Below are positions 18,027 through 26,658 of a DNA stretch of 27,966 bases, piece by piece. Under the pieces are notes generated by a model. The model saw nothing but the letters and a program-made list of their open reading frames with translations. It was not told the DNA's origin and ran no database searches. How positions within the stretch are numbered: the stretch's first letter is position 1; every line of letters begins with the position of its first letter. The stretch is from an uncultured archaeon (lineage in GTDB: Archaea > Asgardarchaeota > Lokiarchaeia > Sigyniarchaeales > SOKP01), in contig CAZOYD010000025.1 of the NCBI GenBank assembly GCA_964583985.1, positions 1 through 27,966 on the forward strand, written 5' to 3'. Made by a program: the position numbers and the translations under genes.

Positions 18027-20984
18027 TCAGAAAAAATCATCCATTTTCTTAATACCTTTAATTTCTTCAAATGTAATTCCTAAAGCATCTAAAACTTGTT
18101 CTAAAGCAGATTGTAACAAGTCCTTATATTTTTTAATATCAATATCTTGAAGAGTAGCAATTTCTATTGCTTTTGCCCCGCTAGAACCTCTTGTTTTTAT
18201 AAATTTTACACTATCTCCTTTACGATAAGTTTTATTAATTGCTTTAATTGCGTTCTCGTCAAGATCATTTGATTTTGCGTCTCTTAATTTATATTCAATT
18301 AATTCTTTTGCTGCTCGAACGTGTTGTGGAATTACATCATACTTATTTATAGATTTTTTTAACGCAATATTTATGGCATAATCCTCTAAGGTAAAAGTAT
18401 TTGGTTTTCCTATTTTTTTAAGATTGGATCTCACAATTTTAATGATTCTATCACGTGCTTTTAAGAAACTTGCATCATCTGTTATCTCCTTAAGTATTTC
18501 AATCATTTCATTAAATACTTTTTTAATAAAATCGGGAGTATTTTTCTTTTTGGCGACAAGTCCTTTAATATCAACAGTTTTTATGCCTTTATATATCCCT
18601 ATGTAATTCTTTTTCCTTTCTGAAAGTGCTAAAAATTGATACGTTTTTTCTTCTTCTAAATCTAAGTCAAGTTCATTTTTACTCCACTTAGTAATTTCAG
18701 TCATTTGAGGTTTAGAAGGATTGAGAAGAAAAACACTATCCGTATCACCATATAATACTTTCACACCTAATTCTTCTGCCTTCTTTATTGTCTGCTTGAT
18801 TGAGTATTGTCCGATGCCTGTGGTACTTTCTGCTACGGGGAGACAAAAGAGTGGAAAGTTTTGACTTCCAAACACACCATACGATCCGTTTATGAACACT
18901 TTTAATGCTTGTTGTATTGTTGTATAGTAATCTCGTTCTTTTTGAGAGAGTAATTTATCACCAGACATCGGTTTAAAGAATTTTACTCGAATATCACGGA
19001 AAAACCCAACGACATAAGCAAAAATTCCCATTTTATGAGTGCACACGTGGTATGGAATTCCTTTCACAAAATTATCTTCACAATCCTTATGAATACAAGA
19101 TACTGTCTCATAAGATAAATTGTATTCTTTGATAATTGAGGGGTACAAGCTTGAAAAATCCATTACTACAACATCATAATGTATCCCTGGCACAGGAGGG
19201 ATCACGTAAGCACCTTGGAATGATTTACCCTCAATTATAGATTTAGAATAACCTCCTACTCTCATTTCAGAAATCTCTGATCTCCTAGGGATCAAATATT
19301 GTTTTCTTCTGTGTTCAAAATAGAAAATATTTTGAATCCAAGTAGATATCTGGCGCCTTACTGTTTCATGAATAGGCATTTTTGTTATTCGACATAATAG
19401 AATGATCAAATTCCAAACTAATGAATTGTTGAATCTGGTAAGATCTAACGTTAAAATGGAATCTTTTAGATTATACCATGTTAAGACATCATATTCCATT
19501 TCATGAATTTCTTCTTCGTGTTGATACTTTTCTCGACCTAAGAGTGCAGAACTTATAGCATTTAAAGAATTCGATTCATAAGCTCCTCCAAAAGCATATC
19601 CAGATATGCTTCTATTGAAAAAGAAACCAAATAAATCGATATGAATTCCACTTAGTAGATTGCATTCTGACCCGGCCATAATTCCGAATCCTCTCTTAAT
19701 CTGGATAGGATTTAAATCTTTACTAATTCTAAGCTTATTCGCTCTATGGAATAGGTAGGTTAAATCAAAATTATCTCCATTGAAAGTAATGATAATAGGA
19801 TATTCCCAAAATAATCGAAATGTCTCAATTATCAAATCTTTCTCTTTTTTAAAGAAGTATATTTGGGCATCCTCAGGAAAATCTTCGTGTAGTTTGTTAA
19901 AAATAAAACCTTCTCTTTCCAGGACATATACTAATTTCAATCCATCAGTACTCACAAATGAAACGCTAATTACTTCTTGTTTGGCTTCACGAGGATTGGG
20001 TATTCCAAAATCATGCTCACTAATAGAAACTTCAATATCCATGGCTAACCTTTTCACATCAGGGATGGGAGTTAGAAAGATATCTAAAAATTTTTCGGAA
20101 AACTCTTGAAGTTCTTTCTTTTCCTCGCTAAAAATGTTCCGAAGTTGTTCTGCTAATTTTTTTAGATTAGCATCCTCTTCTTGATAATTAATTCTATTTA
20201 ATTTCCCATTTTCAATCGAATAAATTAAGCCAGGAATTAATTGGGTATCAAAAATATAATTAAGATGATAGCGAATATCGGCTTCCCATGCTTTATAATC
20301 TTCTTCTGAAAGAATATTCTTTATATTCGTTCCTGATCCACCAATATCAGAAGGAGTATTACCAATAATCTTAGTCATTTCAATATCTTTATCTGTTAAT
20401 AAATCCATTCTCTTAGTTTCTTCAAAACGCTTAAATCCACTAAAACTTGTTAAATTGGTAACCGATTCCAGAGTTTTTATTGATTCCTTGCTCAAACAAT
20501 ATGGTTCATGACCAGTAGTATCAATCCATAATCGAATTTCATCAGTATCTAAATCATAAAATTTACATACTGCTTTATTTTGACCCCCATCGTATTCCAC
20601 ATCCAATAAAAGCCCTTTTTTCAAATTTTTTACAATTTGATCTGTTTCAATTAAGTAACGAATATATTTTGAACTTGAAGATTCTTTTTGAGAATCAAGA
20701 ACAATATCAATTGCTTTCAAGCCAAAATGATGATCTTTATTTTCAAAATAGGTTTTTTGAACTTTTTTAAGTGATTTTGATTTTTTTGTCGGTTCACGCT
20801 TTATTTCCGATATTACTTCTTCATTATTCACATTTTCTTTTTTTTCCTTTATTGGCTGAGATTTTTCTGATATTTGTTCTTCAGCTTTCTTTTCAGGAGA
20901 TTTCTTATTATCTATAAAGGAAAATAATGATTTTTGATTATCGTCAACTTTAGGAGCATTCTTGGATTTTTTTGAAGTCGGCAT
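18027..20984 (-). CDS. polB1: Family B DNA polymerase, archaeal PolB1 type
   Basis: Exonuclease DIEV, TFNGDNFD and YNLKDS. Polymerase DFSSLYPSII, KVFINGSYGVFG, YGDTDS and KKNY. PolB1-like N-terminal LL.V.YDG...KA..K.YD and WEADIRYH.NY. ATG 20984 is preferred; an in-frame TTG at 20996 is possible. No intein seen. Confidence 0.92.
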   Translation of the reverse strand: MPTSKKSKNAPKVDDNQKSLFSFIDNKKSPEKKAEEQISEKSQPIKEKKENVNNEEVISEIKREPTKKSKSLKKVQKTYFENKDHHFGLKAIDIVLDSQKESSSSKYIRYLIETDQIVKNLKKGLLLDVEYDGGQNKAVCKFYDLDTDEIRLWIDTTGHEPYCLSKESIKTLESVTNLTSFSGFKRFEETKRMDLLTDKDIEMTKIIGNTPSDIGGSGTNIKNILSEEDYKAWEADIRYHLNYIFDTQLIPGLIYSIENGKLNRINYQEEDANLKKLAEQLRNIFSEEKKELQEFSEKFLDIFLTPIPDVKRLAMDIEVSISEHDFGIPNPREAKQEVISVSFVSTDGLKLVYVLEREGFIFNKLHEDFPEDAQIYFFKKEKDLIIETFRLFWEYPIIITFNGDNFDLTYLFHRANKLRISKDLNPIQIKRGFGIMAGSECNLLSGIHIDLFGFFFNRSISGYAFGGAYESNSLNAISSALLGREKYQHEEEIHEMEYDVLTWYNLKDSILTLDLTRFNNSLVWNLIILLCRITKMPIHETVRRQISTWIQNIFYFEHRRKQYLIPRRSEISEMRVGGYSKSIIEGKSFQGAYVIPPVPGIHYDVVVMDFSSLYPSIIKEYNLSYETVSCIHKDCEDNFVKGIPYHVCTHKMGIFAYVVGFFRDIRVKFFKPMSGDKLLSQKERDYYTTIQQALKVFINGSYGVFGSQNFPLFCLPVAESTTGIGQYSIKQTIKKAEELGVKVLYGDTDSVFLLNPSKPQMTEITKWSKNELDLDLEEEKTYQFLALSERKKNYIGIYKGIKTVDIKGLVAKKKNTPDFIKKVFNEMIEILKEITDDASFLKARDRIIKIVRSNLKKIGKPNTFTLEDYAINIALKKSINKYDVIPQHVRAAKELIEYKLRDAKSNDLDENAIKAINKTYRKGDSVKFIKTRGSSGAKAIEIATLQDIDIKKYKDLLQSALEQVLDALGITFEEIKGIKKMDDFF

Positions 20985-21098
20985 AATAATTACCAAATTT
21001 TAATTTTCTCTATTTATAATTAAAACAATATTTATTTTAATTCAAACTATTCACAGTCTAATATCTACAAAATCAAGGGAGAAAAATAATATGTATGT

Positions 21099-22469
21099 TT
21101 ATTTCGTTCCAGTTGTCATTTTCACATCTTCAATTAACATATATGGAGCAAAAACAGGATTGGTTCCGAGCCAAGTAAAAACTTGTTTTAATTCTTTTCC
21201 TAAAGCTATTGTATGTTCAAGCATATGATAATGATCAGAATTGATTCTTAATTCTCTAACGGGTTCAAGTTTTTTTCCTTTATTTGTAATTAAAAACATT
21301 CCGTCCTTTGGAAGTGAAGATAAAGCACCAGGTGGAGCATACGATTGATACCTCGTATACCACGTTGATGTTATGAGTAATGTGGGCTTGTTAGATATTT
21401 CCATTAATTCCTCAAGGGAGTAATCGCCAGTGGAAAAGACCGTATTAGTAGGTTTAGGGACAGTGATACCCGCATTTCCAGTAGATTCTTGACCTTTATT
21501 GGAAAGTGATGTGTTCGTGAAAAATTGATGAATTTTTCCCTTGTTGATCAATAAGGTTTTTTTTGTTGGTACTAGCTCATCATCAAAGGGAGATGTTTGT
21601 ATTCCATAATCCATGATACCATCATCCCAAACCGAAATGAGATCGTTTGCGATTTTATCACCTTCTTTTTTCCCTACTAACCAAGCAAGTCCCATTTTTT
21701 GGGTATATTTATTCATCGCAATTGATGGGGTGGGAGCTTGTAGCTCTGTTGATACTTTTGGATAAATTATAATGTTATAGATTCCTGGTTTCCCTTTTTT
21801 ACCGCCTATTGCTTGCTTGCATATCATTCCTGCTTCTCGTCCAGCATCAATTGCATTAAATCCGTGATCAAGATGAGTAGAACAGGATATTGCTTCTCCT
21901 GTAGCATACATGTCTTCAGCAAACGCTCGTATTCTGAAATTTAAATGAGTTTTATTAAATGATCCTTCTAATCCCAGACTATTTTTTTGAATTACTTGAG
22001 TATCTCCATAAAAAAATGAACCAGCAACCCTATTTGCTCCTTCATTTAAAGCAGTTTCAGTGGCATCATTAACTATATCAACAGCAGTTTCATCCAAATT
22101 AACAACTTTTTGATCAAATATTTTCTGTTGTATTGAAGGATTATATTCAAATGGTCCTGCTGGCATCTTTTTATAATTCAGGTTTAATTTAGCAACTTCA
22201 AGAAGCTTTTCACAATTTTGCAATGCTTTATCTATAGCTATAATACTTAGATCATTAATTGAAATATCTAAAGTTCTTCTCCTTTGAGATAGAAACAATA
22301 TTATCTTTATTTCATTCCAACTTTTATATATATCAATCTGACTCTCAGAAAATCGAATTTGATTTTCATTATTAAGAAGAGCTTTAATCGCCCAATCAGT
22401 ACAAAACTGTTCTAATCGCTCTTCAATAATATCAATTAATTGGTATGATTTTTCTTCCATTTCATTCAT
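21099..22469 (-). CDS. TldD/PmbA family protein, non-catalytic PmbA/TldE-like subunit
   Basis: PFDDELVP...LI..G, STGNAG and P....RI motifs. Lacks HExxGH. Starts 11 nt after the tldD stop, with a GAGGT SD overlapping that stop. Confidence 0.85.
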   Translation of the reverse strand: MNEMEEKSYQLIDIIEERLEQFCTDWAIKALLNNENQIRFSESQIDIYKSWNEIKIILFLSQRRRTLDISINDLSIIAIDKALQNCEKLLEVAKLNLNYKKMPAGPFEYNPSIQQKIFDQKVVNLDETAVDIVNDATETALNEGANRVAGSFFYGDTQVIQKNSLGLEGSFNKTHLNFRIRAFAEDMYATGEAISCSTHLDHGFNAIDAGREAGMICKQAIGGKKGKPGIYNIIIYPKVSTELQAPTPSIAMNKYTQKMGLAWLVGKKEGDKIANDLISVWDDGIMDYGIQTSPFDDELVPTKKTLLINKGKIHQFFTNTSLSNKGQESTGNAGITVPKPTNTVFSTGDYSLEELMEISNKPTLLITSTWYTRYQSYAPPGALSSLPKDGMFLITNKGKKLEPVRELRINSDHYHMLEHTIALGKELKQVFTWLGTNPVFAPYMLIEDVKMTTGTK

Positions 22470-22480
22470 TGTATTTTACC

Positions 22481-23947
22481 TCAGGCTAGCCTCACTTTTC
22501 TCAAGCGTACAAATGGACCTCCTGTCCAAACTGGACATCCTTGACCTGGTTCTGATTTTCCACAAAATGCACCTTGCCATTCCAGAGTTTCTAATTTCCC
22601 TTGAGCATCAATACTACTAAATAATCCTGGTGAAGAAATCTCGAGTGCTGGTTTCAATATCATTGAATTCGTAAGTTCCCCATTTTTTATTAAATATGCT
22701 TCTTGGCCTACATATTTCGATTGCAGTCTCTTATCATCAATGTTCCATTCAGTAAAGGAATTCATAAATATTCCTAATTTAACATCTTCAACCATCTCTT
22801 CAAATGAATAATCCCCTGGAGCAAAATATGTGTTTGCCATTCTTATTAATGGTTCTCGATCATATGCCACTGCTCGAGCAGCAGCATTACTTTGAGTTCG
22901 AAAAATTGAAGCAGACTCTCGATTTTGAAGCATTTCATTAAAAATTCCATCTTTTATCAGCTCTCTTTTTCTCGCTTTGACGCCCTCATCATCAAATAAA
23001 TAAAATCCATATGATCCTTTAATCGTGGGATCATCGAATACATTTACACAATCATTGCCAATTTTATATCCAATAGAATGTTCACGTAAATAAGATTCAC
23101 CAGCTTGAGCACCTTCCCTTCCAAGAATACGATCTGCTTCTGAAGGATGTCCACAGTTTTCATGTGCAATTATTCCAGCCACATCCGGTCCTAATATGAC
23201 ATCAATATCTCCCTCAGGTGGTTTTTTTGCTTTAAGAATGATATCAGACAATTTTACTACCGTATTTCTAACTTTTTCCTCTAAATTCCAGGATATTAAA
23301 TCATCCCATCCTGAAGATGTTGCATAAGTGGCCATTGATTGCTCATTCTGTCCGCCACCCTTAATTCCTATTACTACTGGAATAAAAGCAACGCGAGGAA
23401 TATGACTTCTAATCCTTGAACCTTCACTATTAACGAAATAAGCTTCCCGTTGTTCTGCAAGAAGAACAAAAATATGAATAAATTCTATAGGATATTTCTC
23501 ATTAAAAATATTGACAAAAGATTGCAAAAATTTTATTTTTTCTTCTAATGATACGTCCATGGGATTTATTTTATACTCGCTTTGCCATTCTTCTTTATAA
23601 ACTTTCTCATCGCTCATTCCTATTGGGGTTTTTCTTTGTTTTCCACTCCTTTTTGCATTCCGATACGCACGATCCACACTCTCCATTATCATTTTTTTTG
23701 TAAATTGATTTGTCGATGTCATGCCCATTCCTCCATCGGCAATTATCCGGATATTTATTCCACTTTTTCTTGCAAACGCATCGCTTGTAAGCTCTATTGG
23801 CAAGTTTCCGATATGCAGTTTTCCATTTATAAATGAAACAGTATCCGTGCTATTTATTTCAGATCTTATTTCCACATATTCACAATACTTGCCATTAGAT
23901 TGTGCATATTCTAATGCAAATTCAACGAGAGCGTCATTTACAAACAT
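22481..23947 (-). CDS. tldD: TldD family metalloprotease, catalytic subunit
   Basis: HENCGHPSEAD (HExxGH..EAD), DDPT, FDDEGV, RMANTY and C-terminal CGK...GGP. Confidence 0.92.
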   Translation of the reverse strand: MFVNDALVEFALEYAQSNGKYCEYVEIRSEINSTDTVSFINGKLHIGNLPIELTSDAFARKSGINIRIIADGGMGMTSTNQFTKKMIMESVDRAYRNAKRSGKQRKTPIGMSDEKVYKEEWQSEYKINPMDVSLEEKIKFLQSFVNIFNEKYPIEFIHIFVLLAEQREAYFVNSEGSRIRSHIPRVAFIPVVIGIKGGGQNEQSMATYATSSGWDDLISWNLEEKVRNTVVKLSDIILKAKKPPEGDIDVILGPDVAGIIAHENCGHPSEADRILGREGAQAGESYLREHSIGYKIGNDCVNVFDDPTIKGSYGFYLFDDEGVKARKRELIKDGIFNEMLQNRESASIFRTQSNAAARAVAYDREPLIRMANTYFAPGDYSFEEMVEDVKLGIFMNSFTEWNIDDKRLQSKYVGQEAYLIKNGELTNSMILKPALEISSPGLFSSIDAQGKLETLEWQGAFCGKSEPGQGCPVWTGGPFVRLRKVRLA

Positions 23948-24082
23948 TAATTATCTTTCCATCCTATTAATTTAATTAGAACGCTTTAATGATTCAATCT
24001 ATGGAATGTAGAATTTAAACCTTGCCAATCATAGAAATTATTAAAGCTTAAACCTAATTAAGAGGAGCGATAAATATACTAT

Positions 24083-24427
24083 TTAGTGATTTCTACCTTG
24101 TTCAATTGCTTTCTTGATTTCTCGTAGAAGGAGTGTTTTCTCACTTATAAACCAGTCTAATTGGCTTTTTGGAGGTGCTTCTTTATATATTATTTTGGCA
24201 ACTTCCCGGATTTCTTCTTCCATTGGTCCAATTAATTGTCCATTAACATCATCTCTGATTAAAAGGACTACATTATCCGTTTCAAGGGGCTTGATGTCAT
24301 ATCCATTTCGAACATTTTTATTGATTCGTACACAGAGATCAGCAAGATACCAAACACTTTTCTCATAAGATTCATTGGACTTGTATCGTTGGTAAGCAAG
24401 TATTTCAACGTCTTCTTTGCTAAACAT
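24083..24427 (-). CDS. Hypothetical protein with two DUF2934-like helical repeats
   Basis: EDVEILAYQRYK...VWYLAD aligns without gaps to EEIREVAKIIYK...DWFISE. Confidence 0.65.
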   Translation of the reverse strand: MFSKEDVEILAYQRYKSNESYEKSVWYLADLCVRINKNVRNGYDIKPLETDNVVLLIRDDVNGQLIGPMEEEIREVAKIIYKEAPPKSQLDWFISEKTLLLREIKKAIEQGRNH

Positions 24428-24550
24428 TTTTATAAAAATATTAAAAGAAGTATATTATTTGATTAACAAAAAGATACATTAATTTTTAATTATTACTATT
24501 GGATGAACTCGCTGTAAAAACCGCAAAATTAATAAAAAATTCGTATTTAT

Positions 24551-24558
24551 TTTAAATA
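24551..24558 (+). promoter_or_regulatory. Probable TATA box of the tRNA gene
   Basis: TTTAAATA about 30 nt upstream of the mature tRNA 5' end (24586). Confidence 0.5.
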
Positions 24559-24606
24559 TAATTTCAGTTTCACATGAAATTACATGCCTCCGTGGCTCAG
24601 TGGTAG

Positions 24607-24636
24607 AAAAACATGGATTTCTTCGTTTTTACCAAA
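24607..24636 (+). other. tRNA intron 1 (30 nt, position 22/23, relaxed BHB/BHL motif)
   Basis: Central helix TGGT(24601-04)/ACCA(24631-34), bulges AG^A and AA^A, inner A-run/T-run pairing. Removal restores the D stem. Confidence 0.85.
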
Positions 24637-24673
24637 AGCAGCTGACTTGTAATCAGCCGGTCGTGGGTTCAAG

Positions 24674-24703
24674 AATTTAGAACACGTTGTTCTGAGTTGA
24701 AAC
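24674..24703 (+). other. tRNA intron 2 (30 nt, position 59/60, canonical BHB)
   Basis: Central helix TTCA(24668-71)/TGAA(24698-701), bulges AG^A and AC^T, 10-bp inner stem ATTTAGAACA/TGTTCTGAGT. The outer helix is the T stem. Confidence 0.9.
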
Positions 24704-24716
24704 TCCCACCGGGGGC

Positions 24717-24727
24717 TCTTTTTCTTT
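24717..24727 (+). terminator. Pyrimidine/T-rich terminator after the tRNA
   Basis: TCTTTTTCTTT immediately follows the acceptor stem. Confidence 0.55.
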
Positions 24728-24849
24728 ACTTATAAGCGTAAAATTGCCCACTTCGACCCAAACTTCGCTACACGGTACTTTTATATAGGCAACTTTTCAT
24801 TATTTCTATAATAAGGAAATTAATTATTATTTTTATTAGGGAAAACAAG

Positions 24850-25218
24850 ATGAGACATCCCAAGAGAGAGATTACAATTAAGATCAAGGATCCACGCTTG
24901 CAAAAAATCCGAAACGAGTTTCGCAAGTTGTTCTGGAAAGTCGTGGAAAAAAAGATAATGGAACTTCATGATCTGATTGACACGATATTGGCATCAAATT
25001 CGTTTTGGGATGAATCTGATCCTCTTTATACCTCATTAAGTTATGAACATAGTTTATACCGCAAGGAACAAGAGAAACTCCGCAATGCTAGACGCGATTC
25101 CATTACCTGGTGCTCAGTGTGTTGTAGTTTCGAGAAAGATATGATCTATCGGCCCGCTCATGGCATGTGGTTATGCACGGAGTGCAGCACCAAGATCCCT
25201 GATGTCATTCCAGACTAA
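24850..25218 (+). CDS. Hypothetical protein, helical/coiled N-terminus with C-terminal zinc ribbon
   Basis: CSVC-x17-CTEC. Upstream TTTTATATA (24779-24787) and AGGGA before the ATG. Confidence 0.7.
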   Translation: MRHPKREITIKIKDPRLQKIRNEFRKLFWKVVEKKIMELHDLIDTILASNSFWDESDPLYTSLSYEHSLYRKEQEKLRNARRDSITWCSVCCSFEKDMIYRPAHGMWLCTECSTKIPDVIPD

Positions 25219-25323
25219 CCAATTGGGATTTTATAATTAATGGCAAGCATGTATTTCTATATGATTCTAAAATACTACCTCTTTTAATCTTTTTTAATTA
25301 ATAAAAAGAAGAAAAAATTTTAA

Positions 25324-26658
25324 TTAAATTCTTAGGTTTTGTGCTAACTCATAATCTTCCACGGGAATTTTTCTAAACGCCAAGTAGCTAATGAATAATG
25401 TAAGAGAACAGAAAGCAGAAATTACAAAGAATATCATAAAGAAATTAAAATGAATTGCGGCAAGTATGGATAGAATAGAGGCTCCAATTAAGGTACCTAT
25501 ATTTTGTCCTAAATTGGCTAAGGATACTAATAGTGCAAAATAAGTACTTTTCAGATTAGGATAATACTTCTTTGATAAATCGCCTCTTATCGTTTGATTT
25601 ACGACAGTATAACCATTTTGCAGCCCACCTTGTATTAGTAATAAAATAATTCCCAGAATCATAGCAATCAAGAATCCCAAACTGAATAGGAATGGAATTA
25701 CTAGTATCAATAGAAATGGAATGTAGATAAAAAAGATGAATGTCGTCGTCTTTCTGCGATTTCTGTCTCCATATTTTCCTGCGATGGGTGCTCCAATAAA
25801 GATGCCGACTCCATTAGCAAGATAAAATATTGTAAACCAGATCTGAGCCCCAACGGCTCCAGTTCCGGTCAAGGAAAGGATAGTTTGGTCAACACTTAAT
25901 TCTCCCATAGAAACTAATACTACATACATGAAGAAATCGATGATTACTACTGCTTGTATCCCTGCTAAGGTTGTATAGACATAAACTTTCCAATTTCTCT
26001 TTTTAGTAATTACCGTAAGTAATCCCTTACCCCACTCTTTCGTGGTAATCTCCTCAAGCGGGGGTTCTTTTACATAAAAGGTTAAGAAGGATACAACTAT
26101 ATTTAAAACACCAGTTATCAAAAACAGCAATGGTACGATGTTAAATACTAAAAAGATTAACCCTAATAACATTCCACCAGCACCATATCCTAAAAACATC
26201 ATTGTCCAAGTATATCCTTGAACTCTAGATAGCTTTTCTTTTGGTGTAACATCCAGGATCATTCCATCAAGAGCACTATCAGCAAATGCCATTCCTAATT
26301 GTGTGGTAAAATAATAAATAGCTAGCCAGACATAAATATCTGAGACAGGTAAAAAAAAAGCCATCATTATCCACATTGCTCCTCCAAATGTTCCAAAACT
26401 TACGACCCAAGGAAATCGTCTTCCAAGTTTTTTAGATCCCCACCTGTCATTGAAGACACCGACTATCATCTTGATTGCCCAAGGAATATTTCCAATAGCA
26501 TAGACTATCAGCCATAAAGCTAAGTCAATTGACCCCAGTAAGTCTAAAATATATGTTTTCCAAAAAAGGTAAGGAACTCCTTGACTTAATCCTTCAGCAA
26601 AGTAGAAAAGAATGAAGATTTGGGTGTATCTTTTGTTATATGAGATATCATTTGACAT
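25324..26658 (-). CDS. MFS transporter (AmpG/acetyl-CoA transporter/BT1-like)
   Basis: About 12 TM segments, YFAEG, PWAIK..VG...DRWG...GRR.PW, D.ALDG and second-half G..GDR..R motif. Confidence 0.88.
   Translation of the reverse strand: MSNDISYNKRYTQIFILFYFAEGLSQGVPYLFWKTYILDLLGSIDLALWLIVYAIGNIPWAIKMIVGVFNDRWGSKKLGRRFPWVVSFGTFGGAMWIMMAFFLPVSDIYVWLAIYYFTTQLGMAFADSALDGMILDVTPKEKLSRVQGYTWTMMFLGYGAGGMLLGLIFLVFNIVPLLFLITGVLNIVVSFLTFYVKEPPLEEITTKEWGKGLLTVITKKRNWKVYVYTTLAGIQAVVIIDFFMYVVLVSMGELSVDQTILSLTGTGAVGAQIWFTIFYLANGVGIFIGAPIAGKYGDRNRRKTTTFIFFIYIPFLLILVIPFLFSLGFLIAMILGIILLLIQGGLQNGYTVVNQTIRGDLSKKYYPNLKSTYFALLVSLANLGQNIGTLIGASILSILAAIHFNFFMIFFVISAFCSLTLFISYLAFRKIPVEDYELAQNLRI

Larger units (their letters stand above)
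24586..24717 (+). tRNA. tRNA-Thr(UGU) with two introns (exons 24586-24606, 24637-24673, 24704-24717; 72 nt mature, CCA not encoded)
   Basis: Acceptor GCCTCCG/CGGGGGC, D stem GCTC/GAGC after splicing, anticodon arm GCTGA-CTTGTAA-TCAGC (TGT at 24648-24650), T stem GTGGG/CCCAC, T loop TTCAAGT, discriminator U73. Confidence 0.93.

Noticed and set aside
18027-20984. Intein in PolB given its length (~985 aa)
   Set aside because: Motifs A, B and C are normally spaced, and no intein splice-junction or LAGLIDADG motifs were seen. The extra length is the N-terminal arm.
21099-23947. RiPP cluster linking TldD/PmbA, the radical SAM enzyme and the 70-aa peptide
   Set aside because: The genes are 6-17 kb apart in different transcription units. 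The radical SAM is clearly Tes-family, and TldD/E pairs are common housekeeping genes in archaea.
647-24368. Many short ORFs in the track overlapping longer genes (e.g. 647-982, 2904-3206, 3605-3886, 7413-7715, 7812-8141, 9788-10144, 19780-20109, 23582-23975, 24114-24368)
   Set aside because: They are antisense or out-of-frame shadows of well-supported genes. They have no motifs, and many have the Ser/Phe/Ile-rich composition typical of reverse-strand reading.
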